DNA from: Lobosporangium transversale
Taxonomy: Eukaryota
Reading direction: 5' to 3'
Length of the DNA: 64,000 nucleotides
Assembly (NCBI RefSeq): GCF_002105155.1
Contig: NW_019029022.1
Location: 124,001 to 188,000 of the forward strand
Part shown: piece by piece, positions 13,675 to 27,563 of the stretch
Layout of the letters: every line of letters starts with the position of its first letter
Numbering within the stretch: the stretch's first letter is position 1
Position numbers and translations under genes: made by a program
The notes under the pieces: model-generated
Database searches by the model: none
The model's input: only the letters and a program-made list of their open reading frames with translations
What the model was told of the DNA's origin: nothing

Positions 13675-14813
13675 ATGACACCCATTGGACTGGCTTGCTT
13701 TGACTTTGACTGGTAAAATAATGTTTTTCTTATGCTTGATTTTTTTGTTGCTTATTTGTCATTGCGACATGCTTAATTGTAAATGCAATGCTTACTTAGG
13801 ACACTCATTGAAACTGATTCTGATCGGTTTGTGATGGAGGGATTGTCACCTACACTTCGAGAACGACTCAATCGTCCCACTATGCAATGGACAGATCTTT
13901 TGTATGGTCTCTTCTTTTATATTTGTATATATTATGTATATATATATATATTTTAAAATCTTTTAGGAGAACTACGAAACCGAAGAAGTAACAATTGATC
14001 GCTTTACATATTTGAAAAATCGATAGAAATGCTTGTCTTCAGGAGTATCACGAGCAAGGTGGGACGAAACAGGATGTTATCAATGCAATGAAGAAGGCTC
14101 CTATGGACTCAAGCATGATTGAAGTCTGCAAGCTATTGCACAGTCATGGCTGGACATTAGTGATCCTCTCTGATTCTAATGCAGTCTATATTGATGAGAT
14201 TCTCAAGGCAAGTAAAAACAAACACTGAATTCTCTTGTCTTAACTTGTAGATCAGTTTTTTATATCTCAATGATGTAATCTCATGCGTTTATATTATGTG
14301 ATCTGGAATATATAGCACCATGAGATCCGACATTTGTTCAGTGCAGTCATCACCAACCCTGCTCACTGGGATGAGCAAGGTCGACTCCATATCCAGCGAT
14401 TGATCCCTGTAGATGCACCTCCACATAGCTGCCCCACCGGTACATGCAGTGTCAACATTTGTAAAGGTCAAGAGTTGGATCGGTTGATGCAGAGCCTTGG
14501 ACAATTAACAGCGACGGATCCAATTGCACAGGCAGCCTCTATTACAGCTACATCGCTTGTAGGGGAGGAGCTAGAAGATAATTCAACACGTTCATTGAGA
14601 ATGTTGTATGTAGGAGATGGTAGGAATGATTACTGCCCAGCACTTCGGATGCGAAACAGCCATGATTTGTTTTTCGTACGTCGTGGTAGGACATTAGAAT
14701 ACCTGTTGACAGAGTTTCCAGCAACTCGTAGTGCGATCCAATCGAGAATTGTACTCTGGGATCATCCAAGCCAAGTTTTAGAGGCACTACAGGCGGAGGA
14801 TCTGAAACTTTGA
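13675..14813 (+). CDS. HAD-family phosphatase, PHOSPHO1/PHOSPHO2 (pyridoxal phosphate/phosphocholine phosphatase) type, 4 exons
   Basis: Spliced motif I CFDFDWTLIETDSD, motif II VILSDSN, motif III CSVNICKG, motif IV LYVGDGRNDYCP. Third intron is GC-AG (14208-14315). Confidence 0.88.
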
Positions 14814-16092
14814 TTCGAGTTGTTTGAAAGATAGAGACAGAGAGTCAACAGATTTATATATTTGTGCGTATAAGAAGAAGCTCAATGGTCATCTATGAAT
14901 ATATATATGGTGTACTATCTGTTTGCGGTCTAGATAGATCATGAATTATAGTCATTTCCTGCACTCTGACACTGGAGCCATTTAGGTCGCCGTAAATCCT
15001 ATTTCAGATCCTTAACTTTTCACACAGGCAACCCGCAATCTTGACAAAGACTTTGACACAGGTGCCTATGTTTGGCCTTACACTTTAGTAAACAGTGCTT
15101 CTTCAGAGTAAAAACCTGGGTAATGATGGGTTTCATTCTTAATTTCTTGCATGGATAAAGACTCCATACAAGGGACTCTTCTTCTTCTTCTTTCTCAGCT
15201 GATTGGGCGACTGGATTTTAATAGGGGCTGCAGCCTTGAACGAAAGGATTGGTCCTCCGGAGGCTGCGGGTTGATTAGCAGAGAAGCGCAGAATGACAAA
15301 GCACAGCCATATTTTGTACTTTTATTGACATCTTGCTCTTGAAGGATAGAGTATAGAGCGAGAATCGGCATGCTCGTAAGGTTGAGACGATATCGTTATG
15401 TCTATTGATGTCTTTACTGGAGACAGCGCGGTATATTTGACAAGTATCGGATACTGCAGATATCACATTGAACTTGTTACCTGCTCTGGAAGAGAGAAAC
15501 TTCTTTGAGACCAAAGAATTAAGTTTAGATATATTTTCGAATTGACTGAATTGACTGACTAACAGAAACAACCAGTTACTAATTGTAAATTTATTTACTT
15601 CGTTAACTGCTCCATCCCATCACCCCCTTTTTTCATCTTGTTCATCTCCATCCTCGCATCCTCATACCCTTACATCCTCCTTTGCAACCAAGATTTACAT
15701 TTCTTTTCATTTCCTTGAGTACCATCTAGTGTCTTCTAATTCATCTATTCATTTATTTTTTTTTATCTTCATCTGTTTATTTCTCTCTCTACCTTAAATC
15801 AAATTCACTTTATTATTTTTTGACTAGTTGATCGCTCTTATCCTGCGGACTTGTGTACATCCTCACCCCTCTGCTCTTTTTTTTTGTCTTTAACATTCTG
15901 CATCACTCCATGGATCCGCGTCTGCTCCAAGACAAGAACTAATCGGCAATCTCTCTCTCTCCTCTCCTTTTTCCTCTCTCCTTCCCCCCCTCTTTCTTTC
16001 TCTTCGTCTTTTTTGTATTCCTTTCTTTCATATTACTCTTTTCAAGGCAGTTTTGACCCTACCCCTGCTCAACTCATAACGCGACAATAATC

Positions 16093-19000
16093 ATGTCTAA
16101 ATATCCAGGCAAGTCAACGCGAGAGGGGAAAGAAACACCAAAACACGTGCAGCTACCCTGTGTCAGGTGGCTCCCCAAGGCATCCATCCAATGGTGACAA
16201 ATGCCTCACCGAAAATAAAAAGCAACGCAGCTCGTGTGTCTGTGTTTCGAATTGGCCTCCACTCCCCCTTGAAATGTTAATATCGAGTTCTAACATGTCA
16301 CCTTGCTATCCTGTATACACTAATCAATAATTAGGCCATCATCCAGTAAATCATCCTCGAGGAGGATTTCCGCCATATCCTCCAGGATCAGGATCAGGAC
16401 CAGGACAAGTTGGACCAGGAGGCACCAACATGAACAATATTCCTGGACAGGGTCTACCAGGACCTACTCGGATTGGATTTCCATCTGGACGACCCATGGG
16501 TAACATGAGTCTTAATAATCAGGGACATAACATAGGTGGAGGCTATCCGGGACAGTTTCCTCCTTCAAACATGTCGTATGGCAATAGCAATAACAACAAT
16601 AATATGGTCAATCCCAACAACAACAGCAATAGTAACAATTCTCAAATGCCCTATGGACATGCTTCCCAACATACTACCCCAACCCATTCACCTTACTCGT
16701 CTTCGCCATCTTCGTCAGCCTACTCAAATTCGAACAAGCCACATTCGACCGCGCCATTGCGGAGGTATATTTTGCTTCCGCCACCAAGAAAACGAAAACT
16801 GCATAAAACGAGTGATTTAGGTAAAAGAGGTCGAACAAATCTTGCTTCCGAGGCTCTATTCTTCAGTTGTGATATCCATTGGCCGTAAATTGCGTGGTAC
16901 TATTACACAAATTTGACTCAACTTATTTTTTCTTTATTTGTGCCACCAATACGCAACTAGGCTATCCTGGAGTTTTTCCGCAGCGCCCCGGGCAGGATGA
17001 GGATCAAATGACGCCCACCAATGTCAAGGCTGGGTTTATGGATAAAGGCATTATACAGGTAACAAGCTAACTACATTTTTTTTTATTCTGTAATAAGCAT
17101 AAAAAGTTAGCAATATGATGTTAATTACACTTTCTTAATTTAGAATGATATTGTATCTGCTCAAGGAATACTCGCTGATGGTCTTCAGGACCCAAAGAAA
17201 CTTCGTGAGTTGGGCGCATTCATGGTAGAAGTTTTGAAGAAAAGACAAGAGAGCAACAGGATCACAGGGTAGAGTATCACAAAGCATGGACCAGAAAACA
17301 TAACACTTGAACATAGGCGTTTATTCGTGGCGTTGTGACTAGAATCATGTGGTTAACAAAGAAACCAAAATATCACTATAACCTGAATAGGCCAAGTACA
17401 TTCAGACCCCCTAGTCGCGCAACTCTAAATGACCAGAAGAAGGAGCAATGGCTGTCAGACTTGTCAGGAACAGTGTCCTTACGTCGACTTTCAAAAAGTG
17501 TGCCTCATGGATTCAAATCAGAGAAACTGTTGGAGGCTCTTGCTCAACGCCAAGTACCATTGTTGCGAGCTACCTGGTACATCAAGATTGTGGCCCTTAG
17601 TGAGATGCAACCTCAACGAAATCGACCAGGCATAACACAGCATCAGTACTCAGCTGAATGGACTGCGATCGTCAATTTATTCCTGAGAAAGCAGCTTTTG
17701 GAGATCAACCCCAACCCTACCTCAAAACCCGCTACTTCTGCACTCAACCCAGCAAGTGGGACACAGAATGTTAAGCCATGGGCAAATGAGGAGGCAAAAG
17801 AAAAATGGGAGGCCAAATGGCGATATTCTGTCATGTTGACAAAATGGCAATATAATGAAGGATTGTTGGATCATCGTCATTTTCTTAGAGTCACTGTAGA
17901 GCAACTAACAACACTAGGATTTGAACAAGTGACGTTGTTACTGAGCTTAATTTCTATGTTTCTCTCCGAATATGCGAGGTCAAGACTTTTGATGAGGCTT
18001 TTGATCGAAGGACTCTTGAGCACCCTTCAATCTGTATGGTTCTTGACATTTTTGTCCGCATAAGTATTTTGATTGTGAATAAGACGATATGATAAAATTC
18101 TATAATGCAAAGCAGTTACCTGACGCCATGGCTTTTTTTAAACAATGAGAATAGGTGCAAAAACATCCATCATATAATCAACCTGTATTTCGCTATAGCG
18201 ACCTTGAGTTGGAGCTGAAGCGAATGATTCAGGCAAGTGTATTAATTGGCAGAGCACTATATCAAGCTGTTGGTTTTTCAGTTTAATGACTTTTTTTCTG
18301 TTACCAGTCAATATTTCTCTCCACGCCAGACATGTTTGTAATACCCAAGGCTTGGGCAATACATTCCAGCCTTCTACAGCAAGTACTTCTCCAAGACATG
18401 CAAACAACTGTCTACAAGCCTGCAGTGTTTCCCAACGTCGTTTCAGTGTTGGAGGCCCAATACAAAATGATTCATGCACGCGTAAATGTCTTTACAGGGC
18501 TATCTTCTATAGGATCAGATCAAGACTGGAAAAGCGCAAGACTAGGGAACCATGTTGATGTAAGCCGATGTTTCTAGGTTTTTTTATGTATTTATTTTGC
18601 TCAAATCAATCACTCCCTGAAGCTCTTTTGACTCACAATCAATAAATTTAACCTCTTTTGGTGAAAACGCTGTAGATCCTAGACCATATAGACCATACCT
18701 CAGACCTAGAGCAAGTAGCGCAGGAATATTTTTCAGAAGCCGTCGATAGTTACACGCCATCGTCAATACCATCCACGCCGTCAAAAATGACTTTTTCTCC
18801 CGCCACCACTCCATTAGCAGGAACTTCTCTACCTATACCGCCTTCATCGCCTTCAACGTCACATACATCATCTTCATCCCAGTGGATAGACAGAGTATGG
18901 AAATCCCGTCTCAACACCCTATGTGAATGGGCTATAACAAATTCGCGCTATGGACATCACCGTGTTTATATTGCTTGTACACTTCTGGGCATTTGGCGTG

Positions 19001-22000
19001 ACGATCCCATACTGTCGCCACGTATTCCTTTAGAAGAAAGGACTATGGTGCTACAGGGCGCTCTTCTTGAGTTTCTGGATACATTTAATGGCTCTCAGAA
19101 CCAGACATCCAGCTACGGCGATGCGTCACATGGACATCAACAGCATAGCAGTCATGGGAATGAAGACACGTTGGATGCCATGGCACGGCTCTTTGGTAAC
19201 CTGATTCATGATCGCTTGTTCTCATATCAACAGTATCTTCAGCGATTGATAGCGAGAGGTGATCTACAACCAAGTAAACGGTGTCAGGAGTCGACAATAC
19301 GGCACTTGAAATATCTACAGTCATTTCCATTACATAAAGGAGCAAAGCCACACCATCTTAATCAGCGTAGAGTTGTCCTGTTTGGCGTCAATGGCGAAGA
19401 TGAATATGATCGGGAATGTTTTGAATCCATCATCTCTCAAGTCAAGGCCAAATTACCATATATGTTTTCTCCTGAAGGTAATTTGAATCTGCTCTTGGCC
19501 AGGCTGTATTAAAAAAAGTCTTTCAGTGTTTTTATTATATTTTTAGATTTAAACACCCCACTTTAAATTTACTATTACAGCCGGAAATATGACTGCTCCT
19601 GTCAAGGATTCGCCTCAGGATAGTGTAGAGCTGGCTATGCCTCTGTCTATCCAACTTACGGAACTCATTCTCTCAGCAAGCAGGTTCTGTCAGCTTCGTG
19701 TCACCACTCGGCTTCTGGATACTGTAAAATCATTCGTAGTCAAGAAGATTGAAGTTGGAGAGGATAACTGGAGGGTCATGACATCACCTGGTCTTTCTCT
19801 CATGAATGCAAGGCAATTTGCAACCGTTGTCAACGTCATGGAAGTAGCTAGCGATTTTCACTCTTTGTATGATGTAAGGACTATCAACGTCTCATTACCT
19901 TGACAGTAATGTTGCTCTATTAACTGTGATCTCAGATGAAAAGTTGATGTCGATGCTAATATAACAGTTCATTTTCGTGTCTCTGACATGATGGATTAGG
20001 TTTGCACATGGTTACTAGAGCACACCGCAGACAAAACATTACTGACATACATTGTAAACATTGCCAAGAAACACTACATGGTGTGGGCGGCTATGGGCGT
20101 ACTCATCAAATTCTCACAGGCAATTTTGGATAAAGTATGTATGAAATTATTAGCAAAAGGAAAAGCATGCGAGAAAGTAGCTTTTAGAATGTTGGCTTCA
20201 TTTTTTTCTCCTCTTTACAATAGGTTGCTGATGTTCCTGAATTTTGAATATATATAATTTTATATCATAGCATTACGAACTACAAGCTAAGAGTGTGAAT
20301 ATTAAAGCGTTGCCACGCTATCTTGCGTTTGAGGCGCACAATGTCCCAGAAGACATCCGCGCGCAGGTGAGTTGATGTAATATTTCTTTTTTTTTATTTT
20401 TTATTTTTATTTTTATTTTTTTCTTCAGCGTAGGAGTCAATCGATAGCTGAGGGATTTTTTCTATTTGGTTTATTATATTTAATAGATGGAAGGTGATTT
20501 GATCACAGGAAAGCCTGCAACAACATCTGGGGTCAATATCCCATCACAATATTTTGAACTGCAGAATTTGCTCTCGGACTCGTCTCCTACCGCGGTATAC
20601 AACCTGGCGTCGGTATTATATTCTAAATATGGTGGACTAGCACATTGGCCCCTCCAGCTTTTTAGTGAATGCGTTGACGCTCTTCATAAGCTCGACTCAA
20701 CTCTTACGGATGACCCTACCAGCCACGGATGTCCACCATCTACATCTGCTAGAATGGATCTCATTAGGGCGACTCGATTGTACGCAGAATTGCTTGTTGA
20801 AATGGCGGAACGTGTTGGAAATGGTTGTATGAACGATGTGGTTTTGTCATGGCTACGTTTGCACGACTTGGATTGGATGATGTCTGTCCTGGGATCAGTG
20901 TCTACAAACGAGGAAGCAGCTTATGAAAAGCATCCCATGTGGTTCTTGTCATTTATGATGCAGCTTGTGATCCAGGGATTTTGTTCAATTGAAGTCTTGG
21001 TTCAGGATATGTGCGGCACAATGTTAAATAAGATCGCAAATAATATTCAGCAGCCTTCATCCCATATGGAACTTCATGGAGAGCATCTTGAGGAGATTCA
21101 AATGCAGCAAACTATGCCAGATCAGTCAGCACTCCGTCTTTGCTTGACCATGGTAGTTCTATTGAGGCTACTACTATTAGAAGATGCATTTTCAAACCCT
21201 AGAGCGAGTCATGCATATGGATCCAGTCATCATACGCTGTCATTGGAGCTTCACATTCAGAGATTGGGGATCCCATTCACTATTGCCGAGCTTCATGCAC
21301 TGCAGACGCAGAGGTATTCAAGGCTGATGGCCATGCAACAGCAGTCACGGAATGAACAAGAGTGGTCAAGAGAAACTGAGACGAATCCATTGTCATCACA
21401 ACCATCGTTACTTGAGCAGCGAATGATGCTTGTTCAATTTCAAATCTGCAGAGATCTTGTATGGATTGAATCCTGTCTACCCTTAAATCATAAGGTTCTT
21501 CATGAAATTCACGAGTACCGCAAGGATTGGGCTCTCTCTGCTGATTGGTTGCGCGAGAAGTGTTTGGCTAATGTGGATGACGCTTACAAAATGTTCTTGC
21601 AGACCAGGATGGGGCAAGGGCAATGGCGAAGCGATTTGTCAGGATCACAAGCAAATACTGAGAGCAGCAACAAGAATAACAAGAAGCATTCTGAGGTCGT
21701 GGATCGCAAAATGATGGAAACTTTTCAGATGCTGGTTGCTGAAAGTCATGAAAGCCTCTTGTTACTTGATACTTATGGCGAAGGTTCGTTGACTGCAAGT
21801 ATGGTCCATCAAAGGAAATTTAGATCTATATTTTCCAGAGTTGATCCATGGACGTTCGATAGGCGCAAAGTAGAGTTTTGGCTGTTGTTGGATAATGTGA
21901 TGATGGAACGGACTGCACGAGAAAAACGTTCTGGATCTGATGGTGGATTATCTAAGGAGAACAATGGATCGAGCGGTCCTGTTCCTTCTTCTGCCTCTTC

Positions 22001-25000
22001 TTCTAGTGGGTTCATGATGATGGAAGGTGTGACTATGACAGCAGGGCCGGGTAATCCATCTGAAGGTGCTGAGCCCGTGGGATTAACGAGCAGTGGGGGA
22101 GGCGCTGGCATGAATACAGGCGTAGAGGGCGATTCTCTTCAGCAATTGATTCAAATATTTTTCCAAGAGTTTGTCTTGTCTGAAAATTCGAACAAAGAGC
22201 TCTTGGGACGGATGATTATCGGCATGAGATCAGATGCTGTTGAAGAAGTAAGCACTAAAACAAAAGAAAAAAAAAAAGAAAAAGAAGTATATAGTTTGAT
22301 CTATATCTATGTGTACTCATAAGTTCGTCCTGCTTTTATCTTCTTCAATACTAGTTCATTCGCTTTGGATACAGTATTTTGGCTGGAAATCCAAATGATC
22401 CTTTTCCGCACAATGTTATGATTGCTCATCGACCTGTTACCAGTACAGCTTACGTCAAGATCGTGGCAAACTTTCATTATATCATGGAAATCCTCCTGAA
22501 GGAAGGACAGCCTACAGTTCCACTGTCGTTGGTTGCAGATGAGAATTCTACACAATCATCTGTTACTGCTGTAGCGCCTTCCCCAACTCCATCTGCTAGT
22601 AACTCGCAGCCAACGAACAACAACGCCAACAACAACGCCAACAACAACCAGACAGTTGACCCATTGCAGGGATTGGATGCAGCACAGTTGGAGAGTAGAA
22701 TTGGATTTGCAAAGAGTCTGCTATTGCAGCTTAAGAAATTTGAAGATAGGATCAAGTTTTTTGATGTTATGCATGCGATAGGATGCTCATATGAGGAAGC
22801 ATCCAAAGTCATCCAGGATAGTGAGACAGCAGGCGCTGACATGGAAGATTTGTTGCTGAATGCCTCAATGCAACGCAGTCATCTTGCTCAGAGCCAACTG
22901 CATTTGATGTCTGAAAATAATCCGTTCCAGCAACAGCAGCAGCAACAGAAACCAGCGCACTCCACCACTTCTGATGTCTCCAACGCCAGTTCTGCAGTCT
23001 ACTTGATCGACCTTCGGACATCCCTCTGTCTGAGACTCCGACTCCTAGTCCCTTTACTCCCAGTCATCCTTCAACAGCCATCACCTGCTGCGTGTGATCT
23101 TGCTACGTATGTGATTCGTCTGACCAACTTGTTGGTGTCATCCATCGTGCATGGACAAGGGTCTGAAGAGCGTTTGTTTGAGTTTTGTCTGGACATGGTC
23201 TCATGTTTGATGGACGAAGTCCTTCTCCTCAGTGGTGGAAACGACTCTAAGGCGATGAGGAACGATATTTTGAACCAGCTTCGAGCAGGGATGCCTCTGA
23301 TGACAAACTCGATCCCAACGGTGTTTGCAAGCAGGATTTTCAGAATTTTGCCCTTTCAGCAGCATAATGTCTATTTTACAGGTCTCCGTATGTCGCGTGA
23401 TGGTGGATCCAAGGGAGGAGCATCTAAAGAAATTCAGCCGCGGCCTTGGGATTGGCTCGAGGATTGTATTGGGGATGTCGATGGGCACCAGCAATCATCT
23501 CAGAATCCGGCGCTTGGTTTAGGACTGCTGGATGGGGGATCGTCGTCATCTTCGGGGCTTATGAACGGGGACAATGGTGTTAATTCATCGTCATTGTTTC
23601 TTTCAGGATCATCCTCCTCGATGGCACAAAATGAGAATGGCAACAACACGTCTATTTCGCTCACACTCTTTGGTGCTAAGCAGATCCGAAAATCTACAGA
23701 AGGAACAACGTATGAAACACAGTTCAACTTGGGCCACGGCGGAGGCGATGATGAGCAAGAATTGATTTTGGCTGAGGAACAACAGCGTCCATGTCAATAT
23801 GACCATTCGCACCAGCAGAATCTGCTTATGTTACACCATCAACAAAAGCAGGAGCAACTGCTGCTTCAACAACAACAACAGCAACAACAACAGCAACAAC
23901 AACAGCAACAACAACAGCAGCAGCAAATTGAGAGCACAATAGAGAATAATCAGAATCAAGACACTGGATTATCATCGAATAATAATATGATGGAGATCGG
24001 TCTATTTGACCCAGGTTCCTCGGGCGATGGTAATGGGATACGGTCAGGTTCAGTACCGCCTTTACCTCGGCAACAAGAACCAGATCCCGAGCTGGAAGAG
24101 GGACAAATTGTGAGCGAGGATTTAGACATGAATAGCATGGCATGGGATAGCCATAGCATCAGTCAGAGCAACAGCAGCAACAGCATAATCCCGGGGACAG
24201 CAGCCTCTGTAGGTACAGAAGAGGGTGAAGTGGTTGAGACGAAGAATGAAGGTGAGATGGGTGGTGATATACTTGCAACCATTACTACCACCACCTCCAT
24301 CTCAGGCTCTAATGTGCCTGTGACAATATCTGCGAATGTACCTGTATCTACGCCAGCAGTTACCGCATCTATAGCAACACCCGCTATGTCTGCAGCAACA
24401 ACAGTTCCAGCAACAGCCGCAGTGGCAACAGCAGCGTCCTCAACTAACAGGAAGAAGGCGTCGACGAGCAAAACAGCCCGAGGGGCAGCCTCAACAGCGG
24501 CAGCAGTGACAAAGTCTGTACGTGGAGGGAAGGGTAGTCGTGGAGGAAAAGGAAGCAAAACTGCTATTGCAACAGTTGGCTCTGGTCCTGGAACGACATC
24601 TGTGACTGCGAGTACGACAACAACAGTTACTGCTTCATCTTTAGCAGCAACAACAGCAACGTCAGTGGATCTAACAGGGACGTTATCATCGACAGTGACA
24701 CAACTAACTCTACCAACGTCCGTGTCATTGCCTCCAGCTCCTCAGCAGCCGCAGTCACAGCAACAGCAACCTCAACCGATGATACCTCAACAGATTTCGC
24801 AACAATTCCAGCCATTTCAGACACAGCAGCAGCAGCACCAACAGATGTTTCAGAATCAAATGCGTGTTGGGGTTGGCTCAGGAGTCATGCATTCGGGACT
24901 TCCCATGTCTATTGCACTTCCACCACAGAGTCAATCTGGGTTGATAGGAGGCAATGTGAATGTGAATGTCAATGCGGGGGGTGTTGCAATGGGTGGAGGA

Positions 25001-25381
25001 CTGGGGGGAATGGTGAGTAGCCAACAGCTGATAAACAGAATGCGGCAAGCAGTTGCAGCTGCAGCAGTACCAAACGGAGGAGGGGGGGGGAATTTGACAA
25101 CGACCATTGGAGGGATTCATGTTCCATATCTGAACGGACAAAATAACCAGTCATTACATCAGCAACAACAACCCCAGCAGCTGCAACAGGCTCAGTATAT
25201 AGATCCATCAACATATATGAATAACGGAGGAGTAGGAGGGGGCATACAGAATCAGAATGGATCGATGGGATTCAACCCTGGCAACCCTATGAACATTCAT
25301 TTAGGATATTTGAATAATAATAACAACAACAACAACAACAACAATAGCAATATTAACAACAACCAATACCATCAACAATAA
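16093..25381 (+). CDS. MED12: Mediator kinase-module subunit Med12/Srb8, multi-exon, roughly 2600 aa (estimate)
   Basis: Med12 signature PPSRATLNDQKKEQWLSDLSGTVSLRRLSKSVPHGFKSEKLLEALAQRQVPLLRATWYIK; EGLLDHRHFL; LFGNLIHDRLFSYQQYLQRLIARG; Q/N-rich C-terminal tail. Confidence 0.92.
23866..23926 (+). repeat. CAA/CAG trinucleotide repeat encoding poly-Q in Med12
   Basis: Directly visible. A poly-N (AAC/AAT) tract also lies at ~25312-25362. Confidence 0.9.
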
Positions 25382-25870
25382 CCCTTCCTTAATCATAATT
25401 TTTTTTTTATTTTTGTCGAGTAGTTTAGGATGTAGAATAGTTGTAGTAAACATCACCAATTACACGAGCCGCCTTTTTTTATTACTATTACTCTCATAAT
25501 AGAAACAATGTGCCTGTATTAATTGCTCATCAATCATTAATTCAATCAAGGGAAGTTACAAGAGTAAGACACCAGTGACAACACAGCAATTGACCTATCG
25601 CCCTTTGATCCTTTCCCCGGGACAGGATAGAGTAGTCTCTATAGGAGGTGCATGGTGAATGCGAAAGCGTTCAAGTATTAAAATTGGAACATACAAAGAT
25701 GTTTTTTGTTTTTCTAGTCCCATTTGAATTTTATGAGTCAAGCCAAACAAACATTTATCATTTGATAACATTTTAAAAAAGTGGGTTTACATCATTTCTT
25801 CTTTGTCTTCTTTAGTCTGTATCTCCCCCTTTTTTTCACCACACCTGCCATTCTTGCAATCACTCCTACC

Positions 25871-27194
25871 ATGAATCTGCTCAACAATAATGACACTCTT
25901 AGTCTTCCCAAGGTAGGTTAAAAAATGCGATATGGTAATTAGTAACGTTACGCCGATAAGCATTGGTCAATTGCTTTTGCCCAAATAATAATAATTATTT
26001 TTAAAAAAAAAAAAAAAAAAAAAAAACGTAGCTTCGAAATGTCTTGATTCGACTTGAAGACACCATCATCTTTGGTAAATGAGATTCTTTTGCATTCCAA
26101 TGACACTAATTGAAGCAAAAAAAAAAAAAAAAACAACCGCTGTCTCTAAATTTTGACCTAATTGAGAGACAATGCTCCTTCTTTCATGGTGTTTGTACAT
26201 CCATAGCTTTAATCGAGCGTGCACAGTTTGCGTTGAACCAACGTATCTACGAGCCGGGAATGTACCAATATGATGATGCGAAGTACAAGGGCTCATTCTT
26301 GGGTTACTTTTTGCATGAAATGGAAAAAGTCCATGGTAAGGGGGAAAAAGAAAAAAAAGAAAAAAGGGGGATTAAAAGATGCAGACCCCCTTATTTTTTT
26401 TTTTTTTAAGCTTCTAGCTTAAAATATATCATTTTTTTTATATGTATTAGCTCGAGTTCGTCGTTACACATCACCAGATGAATATCCATTCACATCACCT
26501 TTGCCAGAGCCGGTGTTACCACCATTAAATTTTCCGCCGGTCCTACATAAGAACGACATTAATGTGAACAAGGATATCATGGAGAGATATTTAAAGGATA
26601 TAGTGCCCAAGATTTGTCCCCCGGGAGATGATCAAAACTATGGATCTTCAGCCACTAGGGATGTAGAATGTCTTCAGGCGCTCAGCAAACGTATCCATTA
26701 CGGTAAATGAAAGAAGAAATTGAATGCTTCAATCTTGCCTCTAAATTTCATTTCTTTTACTTATTTCCTTTTTGTGTGTGTGTGTGTGTTTATGTGTTGG
26801 AGGACATCTAGGCAAGTTCATTGCAGAATCAAAGTTCATTGATCCTAAGGAACAAAAGACATATATTCGATTGATCCAAAACAAAGATCGTGACGGGCTC
26901 ATGAAATTGTTGACCAATCGAACGGTGGAGGAAGCACTGTTGAGACGATTGCGTCGAAAGGCCATGATCTATGGTCATGATATTACAGAAACTGGAGAAA
27001 TCGATGGTGGTATTGCTGTTGATAACAATGGCCAACCACTGTCAGCATCAGAACAAGCTGAACAACACAAGAATCGAAAGATCCGTGCAGATGTGGTGGT
27101 GGATCTCTATGAACGGTTTGTGATCCCTTTGACAAAGGAAGTTGAAGTCGACTACTTGCTGCAGCGATTGGATGGGCTGAAGGTCCCAGAGTAA
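25871..27194 (+). CDS. ARO7: Chorismate mutase (eukaryotic AroQ type), multi-exon
   Basis: Spliced [27 protein letters not shown] ... [13 protein letters not shown] ... [31 protein letters not shown] ... [17 protein letters not shown]. Confidence 0.95.
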
Positions 27195-27404
27195 AAAAAA
27201 TAAAATAAAAAAATAAAATAAAGCTTTGGTTCAAGCAAATAAAGAATGTAATTCCCTATGCAAATGACGAACTGATCTACATGTCCTGTTACATTGGAGG
27301 AATAAAAAGATATTAGGATGCGATATGCTGTGCTCAGTTTGGGCACACCACCGGCTCAACTCTCCTTTATTAACAATTGCCTGGATGGGTCAACTCACAT
27401 TGTA

Positions 27405-27563
27405 GAGTCCTCACCAGAAAGTCGACAAACATATTTTTAAAATACTGTCTGAATCAAAAAACGATGGCTGAATTAATTCAGTGGCTTATTATCTGAAATA
27501 GAAGGCTATTTTATTTAATTTAAATCGAAAATATATTTGTCGACGACTTTCTTGAGAGGACCC
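27405..27563. mobile_element. Putative MITE (~160 bp) with ~35-bp imperfect terminal inverted repeats, flanked by TA
   Basis: Left end GAGTCCTCACCAGAAAGTCGACAAACATATTTT versus reverse complement of right end GGGTCCTCTCAAGAAAGTCGTCGACAAATATATTTT. TA at 27403-4 and 27564-5; AT-rich non-coding interior. Confidence 0.6.

Noticed and set aside
22477..25214. Many minus-strand ORFs within Med12 (likewise within the F-box, PDE and gag-pol genes)
   Set aside because: Antisense shadows of low-complexity coding sequence, lacking independent signals.
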